Positions 9,331-19,318 of a DNA stretch of 64,000 nucleotides are shown here, one piece after another. The notes under the pieces are model-generated. The model did no database searches. It saw only the letters and a program-made list of their open reading frames with translations, and had not been told where the DNA came from. The stretch comes from Gemmatimonadota bacterium (GTDB taxonomy: Bacteria > JAAXHH01): positions 123,144 through 187,143 of the forward strand of contig JAPOZT010000015.1 of the NCBI GenBank assembly GCA_026705925.1, written 5' to 3'. Both the position numbers and the translations under genes were made by a program. Each line of letters begins with the position of its first letter. The stretch's first letter is position 1.

Positions 9331-11424
9331 ATGGAAAACAATCCGTTGCTGAACTGGGACGATCTTCCCTCATTCGACCGGATCGAAACCCGCCATATCG
9401 AACCCGGAATCCGTGCCCTGCTCGAGGACTGCGAACAGGCCGTGGCCCGGCTTGAAGATACCTCGCCACGCACCTGGCGTGAACTGATGGATCCGCTAGA
9501 GCGCATCGAAGACGACCTCGGCCGTATCTGGGGTATCGTGTCCCACCTGCACGGGGTGAAGAACTCGCCCGAGTTGCGGGAAGTGTACGATCCCCTGCTC
9601 GCAGAAGTGGTCAAGTTCGGCAACCGGCTCGGCCAGAGTAAGCCCCTCTACCAGGCCTACTGCGCCTTGCGGGACAGCAAGGAAGCGAACAGTTTCGTGC
9701 CTGCCCAGCAGCGGATCCTGGATTCGGCCATTCGCGAGTCGGAGTTGAACGGCGTGGGCCTGGACGACGCGGACCAGGACCGGTACAACGAGATCAGCCA
9801 GCGGCTGGCGGAGCTGAGCACGAAGTTCTCCAACAACGTCCTCGACGCCACAAAGGCATTCAAAATCAAGCTCACGGAGGCCGAAGAGACCGTGGGCCTT
9901 CCGGAAACCCTGCTCGAACTGGCAGCGGATACGGCCCGGCAGGAGGGTCACGAAGAGGCCACGGCTTCGGGCGGACCCTGGGTGCTCACGCTGGACTATC
10001 CCAGTTTCATGCCGTTCATGCAGCACAGCAAGCGCCGGGACCTGCGCGAGCGCATGTACCGTGCTTTCATATCCAAGGCGTCGGACGGCCAGTGGGACAA
10101 CAAAGACGTGGCCAGGGAGATCATCGCACTGAGGATTGATAAATGCAGACTGCTCGGGTTTGACACCTTCGCAGCGTTGAGCCTCAGCCGGAAAATGGCG
10201 ACGGACGCGGAATCGGTGCGGCGATTACTCGGCGAATTGCGCGCGGCGGGCCGCGGCGCCGCCGAGCGGGACATGGAAGCGTTGAAGGAGTTGGCCGGCG
10301 TGGATGGAGTGTACGGTGACGATGAGGACGAGGAACTCAAGCACTGGGACGTTCCGTACTGGGCGGAACGGCTTCGCGAGGCGCGCTACGACCTGAAGGA
10401 CGAAGAACTGAGACCCTTTTTCCCGCTGCCGCGCGTGCTGAGCGGATTGTTCGAACTCACGGAGCGCCTGTTCGGCGTGCGCCTGGAGGAAGCGACCGGC
10501 GAGGCACCGGTCTGGCACGAGGACGTCCAGTTCTTCCGGGTGTTCGACGACCGTGGCGAACCCATGGCGGCCTTCTACCTGGACCCGTACAGCCGTCCGG
10601 CGGAGAAGCAGGGCGGTGCGTGGATGGATACGCTGGTGGGCAGAAGCGCGGTCATGGCTTCCGCGGGACAGGCCGCCCGGCTGCCCGTGGCCTACATGAT
10701 CTGCAACCAGGGCAAACCCGTCGGCGGGAAGCCCTCGCTCATGACGTTCCGCGAAGTGGAAACACTGTTCCACGAATTCGGCCACGCGCTTCAGCATATG
10801 CTGACCACCATCGACTACGGCATGGCGTCCGGCATATCCAACGTGGAATGGGACGCGGTGGAGATCGCCAGCCAGTTCATGGAAAACTGGTGTTACGACC
10901 GGGGGACGCTGAAGGGCCTGGCCCGTCACTACGAAACGGACGAACCGCTTCCCGACGAGATCATCGAACGACTGCTCGGCGCCAGGACCTTCCGGGAGGG
11001 CAGTAACACGCTCAGGCAGGTCAACTTCGGCCTGCTCGACATGGAACTGCATGAGCATTTCGATCCCGCGGGAACGGAGACGATCCTGGACGTGCAGCGA
11101 CAGATCGACGCGGAGACGCTGATCCTGCCGTCGCTGGAGGAAGACCGGTTCTTCTGCTCGTTCTCCCACATTTTCGCGGGAGGATATGCCGCGGGTTACT
11201 ACAGTTACAAGTGGTCGGAAGTGCTCAGCGCGGACGCCTTCTCCGCCTTCGAGGAAGCGGGGCTTGAGAACGAAGAGGAGATGCAGCGGTTGGGCAGGCG
11301 GTTCCGCGATACCATCCTGGCCCTGGGCGGCAGCCGGCATCCCATGGACGTCTTCCGGGATTTCCGCGGAAGGGAACCGACCACGGAGGCTTTGCTCCGG
11401 CAGGGCGGTCTGCTCCATGAATGA
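9331..11424 (+). CDS. prlC: Oligopeptidase A (M3 family metallopeptidase)
   Basis: MENNPLL start; HEFGHALQHMLT zinc motif; WDAVEIASQFMENW; GGYAAGYYSYKWSEVL. Confidence 0.95.
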   Translation: MENNPLLNWDDLPSFDRIETRHIEPGIRALLEDCEQAVARLEDTSPRTWRELMDPLERIEDDLGRIWGIVSHLHGVKNSPELREVYDPLLAEVVKFGNRLGQSKPLYQAYCALRDSKEANSFVPAQQRILDSAIRESELNGVGLDDADQDRYNEISQRLAELSTKFSNNVLDATKAFKIKLTEAEETVGLPETLLELAADTARQEGHEEATASGGPWVLTLDYPSFMPFMQHSKRRDLRERMYRAFISKASDGQWDNKDVAREIIALRIDKCRLLGFDTFAALSLSRKMATDAESVRRLLGELRAAGRGAAERDMEALKELAGVDGVYGDDEDEELKHWDVPYWAERLREARYDLKDEELRPFFPLPRVLSGLFELTERLFGVRLEEATGEAPVWHEDVQFFRVFDDRGEPMAAFYLDPYSRPAEKQGGAWMDTLVGRSAVMASAGQAARLPVAYMICNQGKPVGGKPSLMTFREVETLFHEFGHALQHMLTTIDYGMASGISNVEWDAVEIASQFMENWCYDRGTLKGLARHYETDEPLPDEIIERLLGARTFREGSNTLRQVNFGLLDMELHEHFDPAGTETILDVQRQIDAETLILPSLEEDRFFCSFSHIFAGGYAAGYYSYKWSEVLSADAFSAFEEAGLENEEEMQRLGRRFRDTILALGGSRHPMDVFRDFRGREPTTEALLRQGGLLHE

Positions 11425-12493
11425 CATCGTTCGCATCGGCATGATCGGCGCCGGGCACATCGCCCATTCCCATGCGGAGGCGTGGCGTAAAGAGGCCACG
11501 CTGACTTCGGTTGCCAGCCGCCGTATCGAAAGCGCCCGATCCCTGGCGGAACAGTATGACATTCCCCACGTGTGCCGGGACGCGGACGAACTGCTTAATC
11601 GCGACGATATCGACGCCGTCGGTATCGCCACGCCCCATCACCTGCACCATCCCATCGCCCTCGCGGCCCTGGCCGCCGGGAAATCCGTGTTCTGCGAAAA
11701 GCCCCTTGCACTGAACGGGTCGCAGGCCCGGGAGATGTGCGCTGCCGCGAAGTCGGGCCCCGTGAAAACGGGCGTGCAGTCGGGCATTCGCCTTTTTCCG
11801 GCACTCCGGCTTCTTTTCCGCCTGTTGCGGGAAGGAAGGGCCGGAAAGATCCATACTTTCGACGCCCACTGGTCTTTCGACTGGGCCCGGGATCCCCGCT
11901 TTCCGCTGACCTGGCGGTTCAGACGGACCGAGGCCGGAACCGGGGCCCTGGGGGACCTGGCGGTATACATGATCGATGCGGCTCGCTGGCTGGTCGGAGA
12001 TATTGGGCAGGTAAACGCGGAGCTGGCCACTTACATTCCGCGACGTCCGGTGCTGACTTCAGGCGTACACTTCGGCGAACTGCGCCGGCTGCATCGAGCG
12101 GAGAAACTGGATATTCCCCGGGAGACCGGACCGGTGGAAAACGATGACGTCTGCCAGGTGCTGTTGCGGTTTGAAAACGGCGCCCGTGGGTCGATCCGGA
12201 CCAGCAGGCTCCACCAGGAACATTCCATCCGGGTGGATTGCGAGCGGACCTCCTACCGCTGGGAGATGGCGGACGACCGGCGCCTCATGGAACGGTCCAC
12301 GGAAGCGGAGTACAAGCCCGTCGAGATGCCGGAACCGCCTGGCGACGGCACCATCGTGACGACTTTTCTTAACAACATCCGGCGGGATGAGGACGAACCG
12401 CCCACATTCCGGGACGGCCTGGCGGCCCAGCTTGTCATCGACGCGGCGGTCAGGTCCCACGAAACGGGCGGGTGGGTCGATGTCGAATGCTGA
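11417..12493 (+). CDS. Gfo/Idh/MocA family oxidoreductase
   Basis: IGMIGAGHIA, GKSVFCEKPLA, GALGDL; ATG 11417 overlaps prlC end. Confidence 0.9.
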   Translation: MNDIVRIGMIGAGHIAHSHAEAWRKEATLTSVASRRIESARSLAEQYDIPHVCRDADELLNRDDIDAVGIATPHHLHHPIALAALAAGKSVFCEKPLALNGSQAREMCAAAKSGPVKTGVQSGIRLFPALRLLFRLLREGRAGKIHTFDAHWSFDWARDPRFPLTWRFRRTEAGTGALGDLAVYMIDAARWLVGDIGQVNAELATYIPRRPVLTSGVHFGELRRLHRAEKLDIPRETGPVENDDVCQVLLRFENGARGSIRTSRLHQEHSIRVDCERTSYRWEMADDRRLMERSTEAEYKPVEMPEPPGDGTIVTTFLNNIRRDEDEPPTFRDGLAAQLVIDAAVRSHETGGWVDVEC

Positions 12494-13344
12494 AGCAGGA
12501 TAGGCGGACGGGTGATACGCGGAAGGGTGATAGACGGAAGGGGGCGGATCAGGCGCGGGTTCGCGCGCATATGCCATCCGGTACGGAAGAGATCCTGAAT
12601 GAACGAACGCTTTCTTCCTCGCACCGGCGGCTTGATGAACTGCTCCAACCGGGGATGCGCGTACTGGACGTCGGGTGCGGAACCGGAACGATCACACGGG
12701 GCATTCACGAGAAAAACGATCAAGGCATCACCGTAGGGCTCGATATCGACGCAGGCCTGATCCGGCAGGCCGTCGGCGCAAGTCCTCGTGGTCCCGGTTT
12801 CGTTACAGCCGATATTCACCATATGCCGTTCAGTCGCGTGTTCGACCTGGTCAGCGCGGCCCGGGTGATCCAGTGGCTCTCCTCTCCCAGGCGGGCGATC
12901 GAATGTTGCATAAGCGCCATCACGCCCGGCGGGCGGTATCTTGCGCTGGATTACAATCACGAGAAGATCGTATGGGACCCGCGGCCCCCCGCGAGCATGA
13001 CGACGTTTTATGAAGCGTTCCTGGCCTGGCGTTCCGATGCCGGCATGGACAACGCGATTGCCGACCATCTCGCGTCTGTATTGGAGCGGCTGGGACTCAA
13101 TGATATACGGGTAACCGCGCAGCACGAACACGCCAACAGCCATGACGGCGACGGAAAATCCCGGCTGGGCATCTGGTCGGCGGTCGCTGCGACCCGTGGG
13201 TTTCAACTGGTTCGGGACGAGTACCTGACTGAATCGCAGAGAGCGGCCGCGGAAGCAGACTACCAGGAATGGGTAAATACCTCGGCCGTTTCCCAGACCC
13301 TTTATTTGCTGGCCGTCGAGGGCCGGGTACCGGATCAGCTATGA
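12487..13344 (+). CDS. Class I SAM-dependent methyltransferase
   Basis: VLDVGCGTG motif I, GLDID, FDLV; start uncertain (12487 or 12571). Confidence 0.85.
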   Translation: MLKQDRRTGDTRKGDRRKGADQARVRAHMPSGTEEILNERTLSSSHRRLDELLQPGMRVLDVGCGTGTITRGIHEKNDQGITVGLDIDAGLIRQAVGASPRGPGFVTADIHHMPFSRVFDLVSAARVIQWLSSPRRAIECCISAITPGGRYLALDYNHEKIVWDPRPPASMTTFYEAFLAWRSDAGMDNAIADHLASVLERLGLNDIRVTAQHEHANSHDGDGKSRLGIWSAVAATRGFQLVRDEYLTESQRAAAEADYQEWVNTSAVSQTLYLLAVEGRVPDQL

Positions 13345-14153
13345 AACTGGACTTTCTGCTCATCACCGCCACGGATCTGGAACAGGAGCCGGTCCGGACC
13401 CGGATGGAGATCTCCGGGACGGACCATCCCATTGCCCGGCCCTGGCGCCTGGGTACGTTGTGCGGAAAATCGGTGCTCCTGATCGAGGGCGGCGTGGGCC
13501 AGGTCAATACGGCCGCGGCCCTGACCCTTGCGCTGACGCGCCATGACCCCGCCGTGATCCTGCAGTTCGGCGTGGGCGGCGCATACGTGCGGTCCGGTCT
13601 CGGAGCAGGTGACCTCGCCGTTGCCACCGAGGAGTGCTACGGCGATACCGGCGTCCTGACCCCGAAAGGGTGGATGGACCTGGAGGGGATGGGCTTTCCC
13701 ATAATTCCGGCCCGGACAGGGCGGACCGGCGCCCAGGGGCAGGCAGGGCAGGCAGGGCAGGCAGGGCAGGCAGGGCAGACGCCCAGAAAGCCCCTGTACA
13801 ACAGGATACCGCTCGACGCCCGGCGTACTGAACACATCCGCCGGTGCCTGGAAGCCGGGCTGGAAAGCCGATCGTCGTACCAGGTCGCCTTCGGTCCCTT
13901 CGTCACGGTGCAACAGTGTAGCGGCATACAGGCGGTCGGCGATACGCTGGCCGCCCGTTACGGTGGTGTATGCGAGAACATGGAAGGCGCTGCCGCGGCC
14001 CACATTGCCGAGGCCAACGGGATTCCCTTTGTGGAAATACGCGGCATCAGCAACCGGGTGGTCGACCGGGACCTGTCGCAGTGGGATCTGCCCCTGGCGA
14101 TCCGGCGCTGTCAGCAAGCCGTGGAACTTATCGTAGAAAGCGGGGTCTGCTGA
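13341..14153 (+). CDS. mqnB: Futalosine hydrolase
   Basis: PNP/MTAN fold: GGVGQVNTAA, FGVGGAY, ENMEGAAAAH, EIRGISNRVVDRD..WDL; adjacent to mqnD. Confidence 0.88.
   Translation: MKLDFLLITATDLEQEPVRTRMEISGTDHPIARPWRLGTLCGKSVLLIEGGVGQVNTAAALTLALTRHDPAVILQFGVGGAYVRSGLGAGDLAVATEECYGDTGVLTPKGWMDLEGMGFPIIPARTGRTGAQGQAGQAGQAGQAGQTPRKPLYNRIPLDARRTEHIRRCLEAGLESRSSYQVAFGPFVTVQQCSGIQAVGDTLAARYGGVCENMEGAAAAHIAEANGIPFVEIRGISNRVVDRDLSQWDLPLAIRRCQQAVELIVESGVC
13737..13778. repeat. In-frame 9-bp tandem repeat (GGGCAGGCA) x4.7 inside mqnB
   Basis: Encodes GQAGQAGQAGQAGQ. Confidence 0.9.
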
Positions 14154-14229
14154 TGCTCCGAACGGCCCTGGTGCCTCCTTTTTCAGGTAGTTTATGCGAC
14201 TTTCGTCTCGCACGCAGCCAGGCATCCCC

Positions 14230-15057
14230 ATGACCGCCCTTTCTCTCGGCTACTCGCCCTGTCCCAACGACACCTTCATCTTCTGCGCCATGATCCAGGG
14301 GCGGATTCCCGATGCGCCGAACTGCCGGGAGGTGCTGGAGGATATCGAGACCCTGAATAACCTGGCCCTGCAGCGCGAATTGGACCTGACGAAGATCTCC
14401 TTTCACGCCCTCGGCCACATGAGGGAAGACTACGTCCTGCTCCGGTCCGGCGGGGCCCTGGGCAGAGGTTGCGGTCCCCTGGTGGTGGCGCGGGAACCGC
14501 TGCGGCCGGATCGGCTGGGGGGCATGAAGATCGCCCTGCCCGGCCGGCTGACCACGGCGGCGCTGCTGCTGAGGCTCTTCGATCCCGGCCTGGAACACCT
14601 GGTCTACCTGCCATTCGACCAGATCATGCCGGCCTGCCGGCGAGGCGAAGTCGACGCCGGGGTGATCATTCACGAAAGCCGGTTCACCTACGCCGAACAC
14701 GGCCTATCCCAGGTGATCGACCTCGGTGCCTGGTGGGAGGAAGAAACGGGGCACCCGATTCCCCTGGGCGGTATCCTTGCACGGCGGGACCTGGGCGGCG
14801 CCATGCACGAACGGCTCAACCGGTCGATACGATCAAGCATCGAATACGCATACGATCATCCTGATGAAGTGAAGCCCTATATCCGGCGTCATGCCCAGGA
14901 GATGGACGAAAAGGTCATGCAGCAACACATCGAGCTTTACGTGAATCAGTATTCACTGCAGTACGGAGACGACGGAGAAGCGGCGATACGCGACCTGTTC
15001 GAACGGGCCGAACGGGCGGGTATCCTCCCGGCGTCGAAACGAACCCTGTTCGAGTAA
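14230..15057 (+). CDS. mqnD: 1,4-dihydroxy-6-naphthoate synthase
   Basis: LGYSPCPNDTFIF, GALGRGCGPL, IIHESRFTY, PIPLGGI, HIELYVN. Confidence 0.95.
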   Translation: MTALSLGYSPCPNDTFIFCAMIQGRIPDAPNCREVLEDIETLNNLALQRELDLTKISFHALGHMREDYVLLRSGGALGRGCGPLVVAREPLRPDRLGGMKIALPGRLTTAALLLRLFDPGLEHLVYLPFDQIMPACRRGEVDAGVIIHESRFTYAEHGLSQVIDLGAWWEEETGHPIPLGGILARRDLGGAMHERLNRSIRSSIEYAYDHPDEVKPYIRRHAQEMDEKVMQQHIELYVNQYSLQYGDDGEAAIRDLFERAERAGILPASKRTLFE

Positions 15058-15142
15058 CGGCTGATGCCGAATGACGGCCACCGGCGAAACTGGTCGCGGC
15101 GGACGAGTTAGCAGGCAAACCTAAGCACGGAGAGGATCCACC

Positions 15143-15964
15143 ATGCGCATACTGATCATGACGGACATGGAAGGTGTGAGCGGCATCGTGGCCTGGGACC
15201 AGGTCACGGGCGGCAAGCCCATGTATGAGGAAGGCCGGCGGCTGTATACGGAGGAGATCAACGCCGCTGTCCGGGGCGCCCGGGCCGCGGGCGCGGAGGA
15301 AATCGTGGTGGTGGACTGCCACGGCGCGGGCGGCGACTGGACCTTCAATTCACTGGTGCCGGAGTTGCTCGATCCCGGATGCGAGTGGGTCGCCAAGCAT
15401 CCCTGGTCGCGTTACACGGAGATGTTCGAGACGGGCTGCGACGCCGCGGTGTTCGTCGGCATGCATGCCCGGGCGAACACGCCGGACGGCGTGATGTGCC
15501 ATACGATCTCGACGACGGGCTGGCGCAGCCTGCGGTTCAATGGCGACGAAGTGGGTGAAGTCGGCATCAACGCCGCCCTCTGCGGGCACTACGGCTGTCC
15601 CGTGCTGCTGGTCACCGGCGACGAGGCCGTTTGTCGCGAGTCCCGGGAGCTGCTGGGAGATAACCTGCCGGTCGTGGCCGTGAAACGGGGCCTGTCCCGG
15701 TACTCGGCCCGGCAGATACCCCCGGTCCGCGCGCGGCAGATGATCGAGGAAGGCACGCGGCAGGCCCTGCAGGAACTACCGGACAGGCCGACCATCAAAC
15801 CTTATGTGCCAACGGCCCCCACGAAGATTACCATCGAACTGGACACCGTGGACAACGCGGCCCATTACAAGGGCCGGACGGGTGTCTCGTTTCCCGACGA
15901 ACTGACCGTCGTCAGCGACGGCCGGGACTGGATGGAGGCCTGGAACCAGATCTGGCACTGGTGA
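15143..15964 (+). CDS. M55 family D-aminopeptidase (DppA-type)
   Basis: GGAGG RBS; TDMEGVSG, VDCHG, GMHA..HT, VLLVTGD, VAVKRGLSR. Confidence 0.92.
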   Translation: MRILIMTDMEGVSGIVAWDQVTGGKPMYEEGRRLYTEEINAAVRGARAAGAEEIVVVDCHGAGGDWTFNSLVPELLDPGCEWVAKHPWSRYTEMFETGCDAAVFVGMHARANTPDGVMCHTISTTGWRSLRFNGDEVGEVGINAALCGHYGCPVLLVTGDEAVCRESRELLGDNLPVVAVKRGLSRYSARQIPPVRARQMIEEGTRQALQELPDRPTIKPYVPTAPTKITIELDTVDNAAHYKGRTGVSFPDELTVVSDGRDWMEAWNQIWHW

Positions 15965-15982
15965 CTACGCAGGCAGGTAGGC

Positions 15983-16801
15983 CTACAGTTGCTCCATCAG
16001 GTTGCGGATGAACCGCAGGTCCGACCGGGCGAGGTCCACGACCGTGTCCACGGGTACGCCCCCGTATTCACTGTGCATGCTGACGGGCCCGTCGAACCCC
16101 TGGGTCTTCAGCGTGGACAACACCGTCTTCCAGTCCCCGAAACCCGTGCCCAGTCGGACTACGTCGACCGCCCACTGCCGCTCACCGTCCCGGATCTGCT
16201 GCACCCGCATCAGGTCCTTGAAAGAAACGACGGCCAGGTACGCCCGGACGATGTCGAGGGCCATGTCGATCGGCTCCCCGCAGATGGACAGATGCCCCAC
16301 GTCCGCGAACACGCCGACGTGGCGGGGGTCGAATCCCTGCACGACGTGCATGACGGCCGACGAGTTCAGGCCCATGGAGTGGCCCGAATGGTTGTGCACC
16401 ACGGTCTTGACGCCGGTTTTCTCGGACAGGCGCTGCAACCCCTCCAGCTCCTTTCGCACACGGTCCAGTTCCGCCCAGTAGTCCGTCCCCGGCGACCAGT
16501 GCCAGTACCCCAGCTTGATGTGCTTTACTCCGTTGTCCCCGCAGGCCTGGTAGTATCTCTCCGCGTAGTCCAGCGAGGCCGAAATGAAATCCCCCGGTGC
16601 GGTCACGAGCGGGATGGATAGTCCTTCATTGGAAAGCACCCGTGCGGCTTCCGGCAGGGCCCGGTCGATGTTCCCGGGATTCACCGGATATCCGTCGCGT
16701 ACGCACAGGTCGGCGCCGGAAACGCCTACGTTGTTCAGTTTCTCCGCGATTTCCGCCAGCGTCAGACCCTCGAGGTGCTTGGTGAACATGATGAACTGCA
16801 T
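15983..16801 (-). CDS. Sugar phosphate isomerase/epimerase (TIM barrel)
   Basis: MFTKHL, VHNHSG, DVGH, SFKD, GPVSMHSEY. Confidence 0.85.
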   Translation of the reverse strand: MQFIMFTKHLEGLTLAEIAEKLNNVGVSGADLCVRDGYPVNPGNIDRALPEAARVLSNEGLSIPLVTAPGDFISASLDYAERYYQACGDNGVKHIKLGYWHWSPGTDYWAELDRVRKELEGLQRLSEKTGVKTVVHNHSGHSMGLNSSAVMHVVQGFDPRHVGVFADVGHLSICGEPIDMALDIVRAYLAVVSFKDLMRVQQIRDGERQWAVDVVRLGTGFGDWKTVLSTLKTQGFDGPVSMHSEYGGVPVDTVVDLARSDLRFIRNLMEQL

Positions 16802-16948
16802 GCGTCAAATCCCCTTTCTCAATAGGACTCCCAGCGATGCGGCCGGTCCGGGAACCGGCACGGGTTCGGTCCGCACGGTCGAGCGGGTACAATCAGGTGC
16901 AGGACGTCAGGTTCGAGCCGTCACGTGCAGGATGTCAGGTGCGGGCTG

Positions 16949-18355
16949 TCAGGACCATACGGTCAGCCCCATGACGAGATATACGACACCGGTCAGCACG
17001 GCGGCGATCATCGCATAGGGGATCTGGGTCCTGACGTGATCGATATGATCCGATGCCGCGCCGGTCGAAGCGAGAATCGAGGTGTCGGAGAGCGGAGAGC
17101 AGTGGTCACCGAAGACCCCGCCGCCGGCCACGGCCGCGATGGTCGCATATACGATGTCGGTCAATGCGTCCCCGGAATAAACCAGGGCCACGGGCACCGC
17201 GATCGGCAGCATGATGGCGAAGGTGCCCCATGACGTGCCGGTGGAAAAGGCCATCACGGCCGCCAGCAGGTAGGTGGCCAGGGGGAGCATGGACGGAGTG
17301 AGGAAATCCCGAGAAATGGAGACCATGTAGTCGGCCGTGCCCATGTCTCTGCTCAACTGGTTGATCGTGTAGGCGAAAACCAGGATCATGATGGCCGGCA
17401 TGATCCCCTTGATGCCCGTCATCGCCGTGTCCATGATGTCGTTCAGCCGAATGCCCTGGATGCGGATCGATACGCCGAGAAAGATGACGACGGCGAGATA
17501 GGCCTCCAGCGTCTTCGCGGATCCCGTGAGCACAAAGGAACCCAGGACGATGATGATGATCAGGATGACGGGCAGGATGAAGTTCAGGAACAGGCGGGGT
17601 TTTATGTCCGGGAACATGGGGGTTTCGGTCAGTTCCCGTCCGATGAGCGGGACCGCGCCGTCTCTTAGCACCTTTCCTTCGTCCATGGCACGGCGTTCCG
17701 CTTTCTTCATGGGGCCGAACTCCGGGACCAGTCCGGCGGCGATCAACCCGACCAGGATGACCGCCGTAATGGCGTAGATGTTGTAGGGAATGGAATGAAT
17801 GAACACGTTCAGCGCATCGCCGGCATCGGCGATGGGTCCCATGCCGATGGTGAGTCCCGAAATGTAGATCGCCCAGCCCGTGAAGGGCAGCAGGACGATG
17901 ACCGGGGCGGAGGTGGAGTCGGCGATATAGGCCAGTTTCTCCCTGGATATCCGCGCCTTGTCGGCCAGGCTGCGCATCGTGGTCCCGACGAAGAGCGGGC
18001 TGAAATAGTCGCTGAAGAATACAAACATGCCCAGCAGCCATGTCCAGAGCTGCACGCCTTTGCGTGACAACTTCCGGTATGCAACGAACTGGGTGAAGGC
18101 CTGGATGGCACCGGTGCGCATGAAAAAGGCGATCATGATCCCGATGCAGATTTCAAGCATGAATACCCAGGAGAAACTGGTATTCCCAATCGCGTCGATC
18201 ATCAACTGCGAAAACCCCAGGGGCCCCTGTCCCGCGATCAGGACGCCCACCAGGCAGGCCACCGCCAGGGAATACACGGCGTTCCGCGTGAGGAAGGCCA
18301 GTATGATGGCAAGGGCCGGCGGCACGATGGAGAGGATGCCGAGGTCGGTTTCCAT
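16949..18355 (-). CDS. Na+/H+ antiporter NhaC family protein (likely amino-acid/solute transporter)
   Basis: FFSDYF, LAYIADSTSAP, FSTGTSWGTFAI, GGVFGDHCSPLSDT, HIDHVRTQIPYA. Confidence 0.92.
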   Translation of the reverse strand: METDLGILSIVPPALAIILAFLTRNAVYSLAVACLVGVLIAGQGPLGFSQLMIDAIGNTSFSWVFMLEICIGIMIAFFMRTGAIQAFTQFVAYRKLSRKGVQLWTWLLGMFVFFSDYFSPLFVGTTMRSLADKARISREKLAYIADSTSAPVIVLLPFTGWAIYISGLTIGMGPIADAGDALNVFIHSIPYNIYAITAVILVGLIAAGLVPEFGPMKKAERRAMDEGKVLRDGAVPLIGRELTETPMFPDIKPRLFLNFILPVILIIIIVLGSFVLTGSAKTLEAYLAVVIFLGVSIRIQGIRLNDIMDTAMTGIKGIMPAIMILVFAYTINQLSRDMGTADYMVSISRDFLTPSMLPLATYLLAAVMAFSTGTSWGTFAIMLPIAVPVALVYSGDALTDIVYATIAAVAGGGVFGDHCSPLSDTSILASTGAASDHIDHVRTQIPYAMIAAVLTGVVYLVMGLTVWS

Positions 18356-18440
18356 GGGGGTTCCCGGATTAGAGATTGGATCGGATCTCAACTAAGAAAC
18401 ATCTATCGGGCGCTACAGGCAACTACCTATATTGTGCTTC

Positions 18441-19274
18441 ATGAATCATCTAAGTTTCATGCTGATCGATCCACCATCCCGATGGGGCGGGAGCGTAAAC
18501 GACACCTTCCGTTTCATTCGATCCATCGGATACGACGGCGTGGAATTGAACCTCACCCCGGAGCTGGCCGGCCTGCTGGACAACGTCGAGGACGCCGCCC
18601 ACGCCCATAATCTCCCGGTCGTTTCGCTGCTCACCGGCGCGGCCTACGGGGAGGGACTCTGTCTCTGCGCCCCGGACGCGTCCATTCGCGACCGAACGGT
18701 CGAGCGCCTGGTGGAGAACATGGAGACCGCGAATCGGTTCGGCGCCATCCTGGTGATCGGCCTGTTGCAGGGCCTGCGCTCCGACGAACCGGACCCGGAG
18801 GCCGCCCATGGGCGGATCGTCTCCTGCCTGCAACGGGTGGGCCGGGAAGCCAAGGCCAGGGGTGTCGACATCGTGATCGAACCGGTAAACCACCTTCAGG
18901 TGGGCTTCAACAACAGCGTCGGGGAGGTTCTGCGCCTGATCCGCGGCATCGGATCCACCGCATACCATCCCATGGTCGACACCATCCACATGAATATCGA
19001 GGAGACCTCCCTCGTACAGCCCATCCACGACTGCGGTGCCTGTCTCAGGCACGTTCATCTCTGCGAAAGCCACGGCGGACTGCCGGGTACCGGCCGCATC
19101 GACTTCGCGGCCGTCCTCGATACCCTGGAAGGCATCGGGTATCCCCATTACGCTTCGGTGAAGGTCTACAGGAAGACCGGGCTGCGCGAAGCGGCGGAGA
19201 AGAGCATGGCCTTCTTCAGGGGGCTGAAGGCGGGCCAGGAGCTGAAAGCGGGCCAGGAGCTGAAACCGGGCTAG
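18441..19274 (+). CDS. Sugar phosphate isomerase/epimerase (ketose 3-epimerase-like)
   Basis: GYDGVEL, IEPVNH, DTIHMNIEE, HVHLCES, PGTGRIDF. Confidence 0.88.
   Translation: MNHLSFMLIDPPSRWGGSVNDTFRFIRSIGYDGVELNLTPELAGLLDNVEDAAHAHNLPVVSLLTGAAYGEGLCLCAPDASIRDRTVERLVENMETANRFGAILVIGLLQGLRSDEPDPEAAHGRIVSCLQRVGREAKARGVDIVIEPVNHLQVGFNNSVGEVLRLIRGIGSTAYHPMVDTIHMNIEETSLVQPIHDCGACLRHVHLCESHGGLPGTGRIDFAAVLDTLEGIGYPHYASVKVYRKTGLREAAEKSMAFFRGLKAGQELKAGQELKPG
19223..19274. repeat. 18-bp tandem repeat x~3 forming the gene 3' end
   Basis: GCTGAARGCGGGCCAGGA at 19223 and 19241; third copy carries the TAG stop (LKAGQELKAGQELKPG*). Confidence 0.88.
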
Positions 19275-19290
19275 GCGCTGAATCCGGGCC

Positions 19291-19318
19291 GTCGCGACGA
19301 CTGTGCCGTCGTGGCGAC
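19291..19318. terminator. Hairpin between convergent genes, possible terminator
   Basis: GTCGCGACGAC-tgtgcc-GTCGTGGCGAC near-perfect stem; no U-tract. Confidence 0.4.
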